NCBI GenBank assembly: GCA_951406725.2
Contig: OX597814.1
Location: 71,300,001 to 71,364,000, forward strand
Length of the DNA stretch: 64,000 nt
Reading direction: 5' to 3'
From: Octopus vulgaris
Lineage: Eukaryota
Part shown: in pieces, positions 41,580-53,273 of the stretch
Layout: each line of letters starts with the position of its first letter
Numbering within the stretch: the first letter of the stretch is position 1
Position numbers and translations under genes: made by a program
The notes under the pieces: model-generated
The model's input: the letters and a program-made list of their open reading frames with translations, nothing else
What the model was told of the DNA's origin: nothing
Database searches by the model: none

Positions 41580-42752
41580 TTGAGCATTTTGAGATCCACC
41601 TTTACAACTTTGTCTCATGTTTTTCTGAGTCTCCCTCTTCTACAAGTTCTATCCACTTGAAGCAAGTAGCACTTCTTTATACAGCTGTCATCCATACACA
41701 TCCTATGACTGTATCAGTTTAGCCTTCTGTTTCGCACATGATATCTGATTCCCTCTTATACCCAAGTTTTCTCTCTACACATTTGCACTTTGTCATAAAT
41801 GCACACTGATGCTGCATATCCATTGGAGCTTACCAGCTTCATTCCTTTCTAATCTTTGCATGTCTTCTGCATCCAGGGCCCACATCTCACTATCATATAG
41901 CTTTGTTGTTTGTACATAAAAATTATACGCTCTACCATTCACTCTGAGGGAGAAACCTTTTGTTACCAATAGAGGTAACAACCCACTGAACTTCTATCCT
42001 ATTCTATTTCTAGCAACTATACTTTCAGAACACCCTCCTTCACTAATAATTGAGTTGTCTAGGTAACAAATTATCTACTACCTTTAAGGAACCTCCTGAG
42101 CATTTGAGAGAATCTGTTTCTTGTATATATTTAATGTTTATTACTCCAGTACATTTGTCACAAAGTCTACTTTCTCCTTATATACATCCAGTGGCATCGG
42201 CCACGTTTGGATGGTGCCTTTTACGTGCCACCGGCACTGGTATCACAACTACAATTTCCATTTGATTTTTTGATGTTGATGTACTTGACTCAATAGGTCT
42301 CCTTAAGCACAGCAGGTCGCCCTACAATCCAAGGTAAGTACAGCAGGCCGTCCTGTGGTCCAAGGCACTTTGGATGGGCTAGGGCTTCTATGTGAAGCTG
42401 GTGCAGGAAACAGCTATGAACTCACATTATTTGTTGGGTCTTCTCAGTCACAGCATATCTCCAGAGGTCTCAGTCTTTCGTCATTGCCTCTGTGAGACTC
42501 AATGTTCAAAGGTCCTGCTTGACCACCTCATCCCATGTCTTCCTGGGTCTACCTCTACCCGGATTCCTTCAACTATTTGAGAGTGGCACTTCTTCACACA
42601 TCTCTCATCCATCCGTAGTACATGACCATACCAGTGCAGACGTCTCTCTTGCACTCCACATCCAATGCTTCTTATGTCCAGCATTTCTCTCAGGGCACTT
42701 ACACTCTGTCGTGTATGCACACTGACATTACACATCCAGCAGATCATGCTAG
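41580..42752 (-). mobile_element. Two RTE 3' fragments related to the 53-57 kb family
   Basis: LPLLVTKGFSLRVNGR; ICWMCNVSVHTRQS..ERRLHWYGHVLRM. Confidence 0.8.
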
Positions 42753-42753
42753 C

Positions 42754-42799
<46 letters not shown>

Positions 42800-43079
42800 T
42801 AGAAGTGGGTAACAGAAAAACCATAGATCGAAACAAAATAAACAGTGTGTGATGAATTGTTGTGATGATGAATGATAAAATCTCCTCCATAACAGGCACA
42901 GGTCCAAACAGCACCACACCATTAATAATGTAACCCATACCAAAGGAAAATAAGAACACACTTGCAGGAGAAAGAAGGAGTGTGAGCTCTAATAATAACT
43001 CTGTTAACAACTAGAACACCAATGTGCACAACATAAATGCAGATGAGGAACAGGAAAACAACTGAACTAGAAAAGACAC

Positions 43080-43485
43080 TGTAGCAACTGCCAAAGGAAA
43101 AATGAATACAAATTTAATAACAACTGTATGGTAAAGTACATAATTTACAAATGTGAAGAGAAGATGAGTGTACAAAAATATGTGTACACTGGCGCAACCA
43201 GAGACACCATGAAAAATCGCCTATGTCATTTTCCAATGAAAGCATAAGTCACTGCACATCATTATCTAACCTCATCTGGAGGCTCAAACAGAATGGAGTG
43301 GAACAGACAACTAACTGGTCTATAATAAAAAGCACAAGACTATATGATAAAATATCGCAGGTATGTAACTTATGCCAAGAGGAAAACTCTGGAGATCGTT
43401 ACATTCACAAACCACATAATTAATAGGTGTTCCGAAATAATTGTATCATGCAAACATAAGATCATAGCATCCTTCCCAGGATTTG
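43080..43485 (+). pseudogene. Penelope-like GIY-YIG endonuclease fragment
   Basis: CSNC..NCMVKYIIYKC..YTGAT..KNR; TSLSNLIWRLK..WSII..CNLCQEE; INRCSEIIVSCKH. Confidence 0.8.
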
Positions 43486-43929
43486 ACCTGAACATAATGA
43501 AACAGGGAAACACTAACCATTATTAGCATCTATCTGAACAATAGAAGGACCTTGTAAATGAGCTAAACAATGGTGCACATCCATCCCTGTGAACAATGAA
43601 AACAATATAGAAAATACGGTAAGTGCTTGATATTACAAAACTGAGCATACTTGGTAATCAACAGTTGCTGAACCTACTGGATTAATGCAAGCATGAGCAA
43701 CATCGAAGAACTAATTGTACCACCAGAAGTAATTAACATTACCCTTTCAGGGAACAACTCTTCTCAACTCAAACTTAAGGATATCAGGCAATTCCTGATT
43801 TGTGACTAGCAAATATCAGGCAATTCCTGATCTGTGATTAGCAAATACTTCAAACCAGTAACATCAAAATAAAATTAGCCCCTTTGCCCTGCAGCATCTG
43901 AATTCATTAAGAAAGCACCTGCTGTGCCT

Positions 43930-44339
43930 AAACTTAAACCAATGACCTATGTTCCCCCATCCCATTCTTCTCTATCATTGATATTCCTTTCTCTCTACTT
44001 GACTCTAACTTCCCTTGACAACATAAATATCACTCTATCTTTAATAGATCCACCCTGAAACTATCTTATTCAAACTCACCTAACTTTGAATCTATTGTAG
44101 CAGCCTCCAATAAGCAAAAGCTCTCTCTTTACTATCAAAACTCACATAACAACAACTCTACTAATACTAATAATCAACACTCATACATATATAGTATAGA
44201 TACTATCACACCTGGTAATAATTGCAACCCAACCTATTCTACCGACAATGTCCAGAATACCACCACAATCTCTAATGCCCTGACAAATAGCAGAAGTAAC
44301 AGTAACAATAGTAGTAATGGCGGTGGTAGTAATGATAAC

Positions 44340-44430
<91 letters not shown>

Positions 44431-44930
44431 TAGAAATTTTCACATCCTTCTATAACCTCTCTTCTGATGATACTACCTCCTCAGTTACCGGACACGATCC
44501 TCAAAATTCACCTAATTGTAATTGCCGTCCTGGAACAACCTGCCTGCTACAAACCCATTGCAGAAGATATAATGTAATCTACAAATGCACGGTCCTTAAC
44601 CAATTACACAACTCTACAGCCATATATATAGGATCAACAAAAAACTTTAAGCAACGATATGCCACTCAATTCCACTCTTTTAGATACGATAAACATAGTA
44701 AATCTACAACACTCGCCAACCACATACATCATCTCAAAAATACAAATATTCCCTACTAGACTCAGGGACTTCCCTACCGAGGTCAACACTCAATCTCCAA
44801 GCTTTGCCTGAAGGAGGCACTCCAAATATTGAAGCACAACTCTCCAACACTGCTTAATAAACATAACAAAGCATTAAGCACACGCAACCACTGCTTTTAT
44901 CACACATTTAAATTCTATCACAAATCCAAA
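43930..44930 (+). pseudogene. Penelope-like RT C-terminal region, Asn-rich linker and GIY-YIG endonuclease
   Basis: One frame is open from 44019 to 44756: HSIFNRSTLKLSYS..polyN..CNCRPGTTCLLQTHC..VIYKC..YIGSTKNFKQRY; then LCLKE..LLNK. Confidence 0.85.
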
Positions 44931-45876
44931 TGCCAGAATAACTATATGGTGCACTAATTCTTAGGTAATCCCATTAACCAATAAATTTACACTCTAACTT
45001 ATAACCCATATCTAGTTTCTCACATATGCAACCATCTGATTATATACACATGCAAAATATAGATAACTGCATATGTAGGAACGATGAAACATGAGAATTG
45101 TATTTGTAACTTATCTGATATACATATATATACATGTTCACATAAATATTTTCTCAGAATAATTAACACTGCTATTTCCTTAATTATTCATACATTTGCC
45201 TCCATATCTCATTCCAACTTATTTCATCTTTCTGACACACATCCCTCTTTCACTCTTCTAACTACAGCACTATTCAGCTGCTATAATCATATGAAAGCAG
45301 AATCTGTACATATTTCTTCCAATTGGTGGTACTAGTTACTTCTCATCTTCAATATCATCCCTTTCCACTTTATTTTTCACATCCACAGTTATCTCTCCTC
45401 TGAGCTACATCTTAGAACTGTCATATCTCATCTCTGACACATTCTCACATCTGCTATCATTCTCAATGCACCCAGATGCTAGCTGTTAATGCTCCCCCTA
45501 CCTTTGTCCCCACTCACTATGTGCCTCTGACCTTTCATCCCTCTCTCTCACCCCACCTATTTTCTCATCTATTTATAGGTTTGTCATATTGCTGCTCTCT
45601 ACTCATTTCCTGTATTGCCACTCATCACCTCTTTCCTGAACTCTTTCTTTTGCCTTCTCCCCTATTTACCATTGACAACACCCTCCACCTTTGTACATCA
45701 TCCACTAACATTAATCTCCTGTTACTCTTCTGTGAACCCACACCTTTCATCTTCAGGTCCTATTCTTATACCCACCTTTCACCTTGACAGTATGCTCTGA
45801 CATCTTGTCACTAACATCTCTATCATCTTCCCTACTAATCCCACCTAGTCCTAATGAATGGTCTATACCTGGTAGC

Positions 45877-46261
45877 AGTGGAGGCGCAATGGCCCAGTGG
45901 TTAGGGTAGTGGACTCGCGGTCATAGGATCGCGGTTTCGATTCCCAGACCGGGCGTTGTGAGTGTTTATTGAGCGAATACACCTAAAGCTCCACAAGGCT
46001 CCGGCAGGGATGGTGGTGATCCCTGCTGTACTCTTTCACCACAACTTTCTCTCACTCTTACTTCCTGTTTCTGTTGTACCTGTATTTCAAAGGGCCGGCC
46101 TTGTCACTCTCTGTGTCACGCTGAATATCCCCGAGAACTACGTTAAGGGTACACGTGTCTGTGGAGTGCTCAGTCACTTACACGTTAATTTCACGAGCAG
46201 GCTGTTCCGTTGATCGAATCAGCCGGAACCCTCGTCGTCGTAACCGATGGAGTGCTTCCAC
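45877..46261 (+). mobile_element. Intact tRNA-derived SINE
   Basis: A-box tggcccagtgg; B-box gtttcgattcc; 12-bp TSD atacctggtagc (45865-45876, 46262-46273). Confidence 0.88.
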
Positions 46262-46984
46262 ATACCTGGTAGCTTACTGGTAAAGCATGATCATTTCCAC
46301 AGTGTTTGTTATGTATTTGGTCAATGAGAGATGTTATTACCATGTTAGCTATATCAATCATTTCTACTATCACAATTTGGTGACTTAAGGAAAATAAAAT
46401 TAAGTTTAACATTTGGTTCATAGTAAGGCATGCAAAACCATAATATCATTTCCAGGAGATGCCGACTCTGTTCTGAGGAATCCTTGTCTATTCTGTGGAC
46501 CAATGAGAAGATCATTAATAGAATTTCTGAAAGACTATCAAGATGTTTACATGTATATAAATGTACTTCCACACAATGCAGTGGGAATGAATTTGAGTAA
46601 CTGTTAACATAACTTATTTTAAGGTATGGATGAATGAAATTTAGCTGTTACCTCTCCATTCTTATAAACACCAAGTAGCTATTGAACTTGTTATGTGCAT
46701 GTATGTACACCAAACCACATGTATATATGCTTACATCTTTGTGGATGTTTGTATGAGTGAGTGTACATGGGCCATACAACCTATGCACGGGCATTTATGT
46801 ATCCATATCTATTAAGTTATCTTTAATACTTTTTGCATTGTATTGCATGTTTGTTTCTTTTTGCTTCTGTTATTTTATTATTGATCTTCTATATAAATGA
46901 AGCTATATCCTTTAATTTGCTGCATTTCTTTACACAAGCTAAGATACATTGTGGAACTATTATTTTAACGAGTTATATCTATTT

Positions 46985-47087
46985 ATCACCTGAAGAGACA
47001 CATTTGCATTGTTGGATGCTCCTGAACCAGTTAAGTACCCCACCCATGAAGGATCGATGCTAGATGTGTCAAAACAATTATAGTGAT
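46985..47087 (+). ncRNA. Hammerhead motif (mutated) downstream of the Penelope-like coding region
   Basis: atcac-CTGAAGA-gacacattt gcat..atgc tagatgtgtc-AAAA-caatta-TA-gtgat. Confidence 0.65.
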
Positions 47088-47322
47088 TAATAAAAATTCC
47101 CGTGTCTTCCATCAATCATTAACCAAATATATATATAACAGTAGTATAGTTTTCATGAAACATTGTCTCATGTATATATATATATATATATATATAGCAA
47201 AAATTTAGATTCAAATGAATATGGTACTTAATTTAGATGCACCAGAATTTTGTATGGTGTTATCCATAAAAATCCGTGAGGTGATTATAATCAAAATAAG
47301 CAACAAGAATGACTCTGGTAAT

Positions 47323-47408
47323 TTGGTACGATCGTTTCATACTACATTCTTTTATTAAATGTTGTAAGTATTACAATAGATTTAAGATGCTGAGTACTCA
47401 TCAGCCAA
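47323..47408 (-). ncRNA. Hammerhead ribozyme (left arm of the inverted repeat 47285-47705)
   Basis: Minus strand ttgg-CTGATGA-gtact..agtat-GAAA-cgatcg-TA-ccaa. Confidence 0.8.
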
Positions 47409-47583
47409 TTATAGAGGTTTTCATTAATACAAAAATTTTCAAATCAAGTGGCAACATTATAGAGAAGGTAGATATACAGACAAAGATGTGGATTTAAATT
47501 TTAAGAACATATAAGGTATGTTCTTAATACAAAAATTTGCCACTTGATTTGAAAATTTTTGTATTAATGGAAAACCTCTATAA

Positions 47584-47669
47584 TTGGCTGATGAGTACTC
47601 AGCATCTTAAATCTGTTGTAATACTTACAACGTTTAATAAAATGATGTAGTACGAAACGATCGTACCAA
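47584..47669 (+). ncRNA. Hammerhead ribozyme (right arm)
   Basis: ttgg-CTGATGA-gtact..agtac-GAAA-cgatcg-TA-ccaa; inner hairpin gttgtaa tac ttacaac. Confidence 0.85.
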
Positions 47670-47885
47670 ATTACTGGAGTCATTCTTGTTGCTTATTTTG
47701 ATTATATATATATTCCAAGAAAGTTAGAGGTTGTGAATCTAATCAACTAAGGGATAATATCTATCCAATATACTGCTGGTAGAATACCCAATTATTAATA
47801 CACAAGTGTTTTTTATTGCATTGAAATTACATTACCTAGTGTACTAAATGGGTGAAGGTAAAGAGATATTCTACTATTAATTTAT

Positions 47886-48130
47886 AGAGCAATAAGAAAA
47901 TGGAGGGGATCAATAGGTGGTTCATCAACTTTTAGACATTATATTATGTCAACTTATTTATATAAAATAAATAAATAAGAAAATGGAGGGGATCAATAGG
48001 TGGTTAATCAACTTTTAGACATTATATTATGTCAACTTATTTATATAAAATAAATAAATAAGTTGACATAATATAATGTCTAAAAGTTGATGAACCACCT
48101 ATTGATCCCCTCCATTTTCATATTGCTCTC
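47886..48130. repeat. ~85-bp unit present twice in tandem and once inverted
   Basis: aataagaaaatggaggggatcaatagg.. at 47891 and ~47974; reverse complement at ~48055-48130. Confidence 0.85.
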
Positions 48131-48152
48131 TCTCTCTCTCTGTATATATATA

Positions 48153-49711
48153 TCTATATATATAAAACTAAGAATGTGTGTCTGTCTGTCTGTGTGTTTC
48201 CTTAAAACTTGAGAACTACACAACCAATTTCATTCAAATTTTACACATGCCTTACTGAGGGTCCATGTAGTTTCATGGGCAAAAAAAATGTTCAACTTCT
48301 TGCCTAGGGCGAGACCATAGCAATATCATATCTTCTCCACTATTTCAGTATTACATGTTAAAAGTGAAACAAAAACATTTCTCTATTTTGTCAGATACTT
48401 TCACTTTAACAATAAAAATTAGAGATAATAATAACAATTGAATTATATGTGGTAAGTAATAATTAAAATCAAACTAAATTAAATCGTAACATAACAATTA
48501 AAAGTAAAAATAGCAATTGGTATAAAATTGCATCAATGACTCGAACTTGAATAAGTGGTTTCACATGAATGGGAATAAATTAAAAATAAAAATAGTGTGC
48601 AGAAATGGAATAGTCTAGATGGAGCTGTGCACATACCCTTTACCATGGCTTTTACATTAGATTATCTGCTAATTAGCTAGCATTAAGTATCTATATGAAG
48701 TTTGGCTGTATGTAATGTCTGTTTTCTCGAACAGCCACTTCTACTGAGTACAGCTGTTGGTTTATTTCTTATACATAAAGTACTATAGCTTCAACTGCGT
48801 ATTGCTTTTTGATTCACCGTAAGGTTTGTTGTTATTATTATTACTCTTTAACTATTGTTATCATGTTTGTTGGTTCCTCATAAGGGAAACGTTGTGTTGC
48901 ATTTGTTAAATAATTGTAAAACGTAACCCTCCCCCTTTGGGAGAAGGAGCTTTGGTTATTGTTTAAAAATTGAATTGTGTCCCTGTTTGAGGAAATTGAC
49001 AATATTTTCACCGTTTGTATGGAAGCATTTTTGTTAAAATACCTTCGATAGAAGAAAGTCCAAAAATGAATTTCGCTGCAGCCGTCGGCGGGCGTGAACT
49101 CATTAAAATTAAAATGGAAGAAATACAAACCTATTTCGGATTGATCACCGACAAAGACAGTGAATCTAGGATAACACCACCATATGAAATAAAAAATAAA
49201 ATTAAAGAAAAGACTATTGTCTATAAAGTATACAATGTAGAGAAAAAAAAGATTTGAACACCTGGAGGAAAGCACCATCGAAAAGTGTCTTGGTGCGACT
49301 ATGAAATTCGCCACAATAGAAGCAAGGTTCGAGTTAACGGAGCGTGCAAGGGAGTACTTGACTCAAACCTTGCAAAGTGAAAATATTTTATTTTTACCTT
49401 TATATCTGGGATGTAGGACGTCCCGTATAAAAATTAAAAATGCACCCCCAGAAGTAGAGGTAGGCTGGATTGTAGCCACACTTCTATACAAGAGGGAGGA
49501 CAAGATACAATTGATCGAAATTGCAAGAGAAGGGCCTACAATTCCAGTCTCTTATATATTTTGAATATTGTTATCACTAGCGATATCAAGATATAACTTT
49601 GTATTTTGTATTTTATGTGCAGATGTATATATATATAGATGTACATGTAATATGTACACATATATACATGCACTAGCACTATGACCTGGGAATGATGGGT
49701 CATAATGCTAG
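48153..49711 (+). mobile_element. Helitron-like element(s): a 5' TC end and a 3' hairpin-CTAG end
   Basis: Start tctatatatataaaact..; end ..gggtcataatgCTAG|t at 49711; that both ends belong to one element is uncertain. Confidence 0.45.
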
Positions 49712-49715
49712 TATA

Positions 49716-51400
49716 TCATCATCATCGTTTAATGTCCGTTTTCCATGCTAGCATGGGTTGGACGTTTCAACTGGGGTCTGGGAAGCCAGAAGGCTGCACC
49801 AGGCCCAGTCTGATCTGGCAGTGTTTCTACAGCTGGATGCCCTTCCTAACGCCAACCACTCCGAGAGTGTAGTGGGTGCTTTTTATGTGCCACCTGCACA
49901 GGTGCCAGACGAGGCTGGCAAACGGCCACGATCGGAGGGTGCTTTTTACATGCCACCGGCATGGGAACCAGACGAGGCTGGCAATGGCCACAATCGGATG
50001 GTGCCTTTTAGGTGCCACCGGCACGGAGGTCAGTCGGGGCAGCGCTGGCAACGGCCACGTTCGGATGGTTCTCTTACATGCCACCGGCACTAGTATCTCA
50101 GCTACAATTTCCATTAATGTTGAACGATTTCGATTTCAATTTTCGCTTGCCTCAACGGGTCTTCACAAGTAGGGTTTGTGTCACAAGAAGGAAAGGTATG
50201 CATAAGTGGGCTGGCTACGTTCCAGGTAGAGGCCACAGGTGATGGTCTCACTTGTCCTGCCAGGTCCTCCCACACACAGCATACTTCCAAAGGTCTCGGT
50301 CTCTGGTCATTTCCTCGGTGAGACCTAAAGTTTGAAGGTCGTTCTTCACCACCTCGTCCCAGGTTTTCCTGGGTCTACATCTTCCACAGGTTCCCTCAAC
50401 CGCCAGGGTGTGACACTTTTACACACAACTATCTTCATCCATTCTCGCTACATGACCATACTAGCACAAACGTCTCTCTTGCACACCACAGCTGATGCTT
50501 CTTAGGTCCAACTTTTCTCTCTAGGTACTCACACTGTCAAGTATGAACACTAACATTACACATCCATCGGAGCATACTGGCTTCATTTCTTGCGAGCTTA
50601 CACATATCCTCAGCAGTCACGGCCCAAGTTTCACTGCCATGTAGCATGGCTGTTCGTACACTTGCATCATACAGTCTGCCTTTTATCTGAGCGAGAGTCC
50701 TTTTGTCACCAGCAGAGGTAAGAGCTCTCTGAACTTTGCCCAGGCTATTCTTACTCTAGCAGTTACACTTTCAGCACACTCGTCCCCGCTACTGACTTGG
50801 TCACCTAGGTAACGGAAGCTATCAACTACTTCTAGTTTTTCTCCCTGGAATGTGGCAGAAGTTGGTCTCTGAGCATTTTCAGTGCTTATTGCTCTTGAGC
50901 ATCTGTCACATACAAAAACTATCTTCCCAGTTAGCCTTCCTTTGACATTGCTGCACCTCTTATGTGTCCATAGCTTACACTTGGTGCATCTTATAGAGTT
51001 TCTACCTACGCCTTTTCTACAGATCGAGCAGGGCCATCTACCTGAAGGCGTTCTCTCCAGTTGTCTTCTACCCCATGTGAAGCTCTATCCCCTTCTACTT
51101 TGTCAAAGGCTTCAAGTAATATGTCCCTAAGTCTCTGTCCATTCGCAAGATCTTTAAGCCTCCAGATCCTTCTCTATGTTGGTCGTCTTCTGGTTGTCTT
51201 CTTAGTCCTGATCCTAAAGTCACTAACTACCAGTTTATATTGTGGGGTACATTCTTCGCCTGGGAAGGTTTTGGCATTTATAAGCAGCCATCTTTCCCTT
51301 TTTCTGGCAAGGATGTAGTCAATTTGGCTGGTGTGTCGGCCCGATCGGTAAGTGACTAGGTGGCTGGTAGGTTTTCTGAAGTGTTGCAAACCATAAGATC
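49716..51400 (-). mobile_element. RTE LINE copy, 5'-truncated and internally deleted
   Basis: Highly similar to 53274-56120; junction at ~51053 skips about 1.28 kb; (GAT)n tail. Confidence 0.9.
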
Positions 51401-51431
<31 letters not shown>

Positions 51432-51454
51432 AATGGTTATGGTTATATTTTTTA

Positions 51455-51645
51455 AACAATGCTATCTATAAAAATAAAACATGTTGGTAGATTTACCTGG
51501 TATTTCAATATTTCAGTGTTAGGATCTTTATCCTCAGGCAGTCAGTGAATACCAACTTTTCTCCAAAGATTTCCTGAGAGTGGGGTCCTAACTCTGAAAT
51601 ACCAGGTAAAACTATCAACCTGTTTTATCTTCATAAACTGCATCA
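51455..51645. repeat. Diverged fold-back with hammerhead-like remnants between (TA)n tracts
   Basis: tttacctggtatttca..ttaggatc is inverted relative to ggtcctaactctgaaataccaggtaaa; CTGAGGA on the minus strand. Confidence 0.45.
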
Positions 51646-53273
51646 TTTTGAATTTAAAAAATATAATTATAAATGTAATCTCTCTCTCTATATATATATA
51701 TAGTATAGAACTTGAAAAACAAAATACTCAAAATTATGTGGAGTGTACATGTGTGCATGAGTGAGTGTGTATCTATATCTATGTAGTGTAGTAGAGCAAA
51801 TACATTGAGCATAAGAAAAATCAGATACATTGTGCAAGAGAGAAGACTGTACTAATATAATTATGTGATGCACATGTTTGAGAACAGTTATATATATAAA
51901 GAGTGATGATCTCTAAATGTGGATGGAATTTGTGGAAGAGAGGGACCTAGGATGACAATGGGATGAACTAATGAAGGTTGCTTTCATGCTTGACCTCACA
52001 GGGAAAATGATAAAGGACTGAGATGATTGGTGACCCAAAATGACCTGTGGCTTGATGTGAGGTCCTGAAAGCATTATGCTTACTTCTACACACTCATTGG
52101 GCCCTGTCCCTACACTCAATCTGTCTTCATGAAGCCTTCCCGAAATCTCATCTTCCTAACACCCATCCCTCCACTCCACTAACTAGGACACTATTCAGTT
52201 GCTGGAACCCTATAAGAACAAAATCTGCACATATTTCATCCTCTTTTGTGTTGCCAGTAATCCCAGCTCTCCCTGGAATCTTTAATATCCATCCCTCAAA
52301 CTCAATATCATCTCTTTCCACCAATCACCTCTTTCTATGTTTCTAGTTATTTCTCCCTTTCCTCTTAATTATATCTTATACCTAATCTCTAATACACTTT
52401 CTTATCTGCTATCATTCTCATTATCCTCACATATCTGTCATCAAAAGCCTTCCTCATTACCTTTGTCCCCCTCTCACTATAGTAACTCATATGTATGTCT
52501 GATAAACATCTCTCTCCTCCTACACCTCTCTCCCAGTTTACTCATCATCTCCCTATTCTCAACTCTGTCTACAGGTTTATTATGCTTCCTGTACTACCAC
52601 TTATCACCTTCTCCCCACCATACTGATATTTACCATCAATCATATTTCAACCCTTATTCCATTCTCTATATTCACCTCTACACCTGTCACTGTCTGCCAC
52701 TCTCCTCTCCTCTCACACTCTAATGAAATTATCCATCCACCCTTCCAGAGTTTTTGCCCCAATTCTACTATACTCACCTTCTTGTATCTTGAGACTAAGC
52801 TTCGATAACTCATTACAATTATCATTGTCTTCTTTTCAGCTACTAATACTCACCCTTATATAATGCAAGAAAGCCACGTATCTCCTATATAGCAAATCGC
52901 TTGTTTCTACCCTCTATAATACTCTAGACATTTGGCATAGAGCCACCTCCCTTTTTACTATACCTCCATTCAGTTGTATAGTCTTTTCCTATGTCTTGTG
53001 AGTTACTCGGTGATCTCACTAGTATTGGTGTTATGAAATAAAGCACCTGCTACACTCTGTAAAGTGCTTGGCATGAGGAAGGATATCCAGTCACAGAAAC
53101 CATATCTAACAGACACAGGAGCTGAAAACTAACCTCTAGCTCACTGTCAAACTGTCCAACCCATGCAAGTATGGAAAACAAATGTTAAATGATGATGATG
53201 CTTCTATGTGTACAGAAATATTTAATTAGGCTAAAACAGTATTTCACAAATGTCTAATACATTTTTAAGCAAT

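Noticed and set aside
44016-44018. In-frame TGA as possible selenocysteine (known in some Naiad PLEs)
   Set aside because: Not at a conserved Cys position, no SECIS recognised, and the copy has other lesions
49876-50090. CRISPR-like periodic repeats
   Set aside because: Tandem units in a LINE 3' UTR with no unique spacers and no cas genes; eukaryotic context
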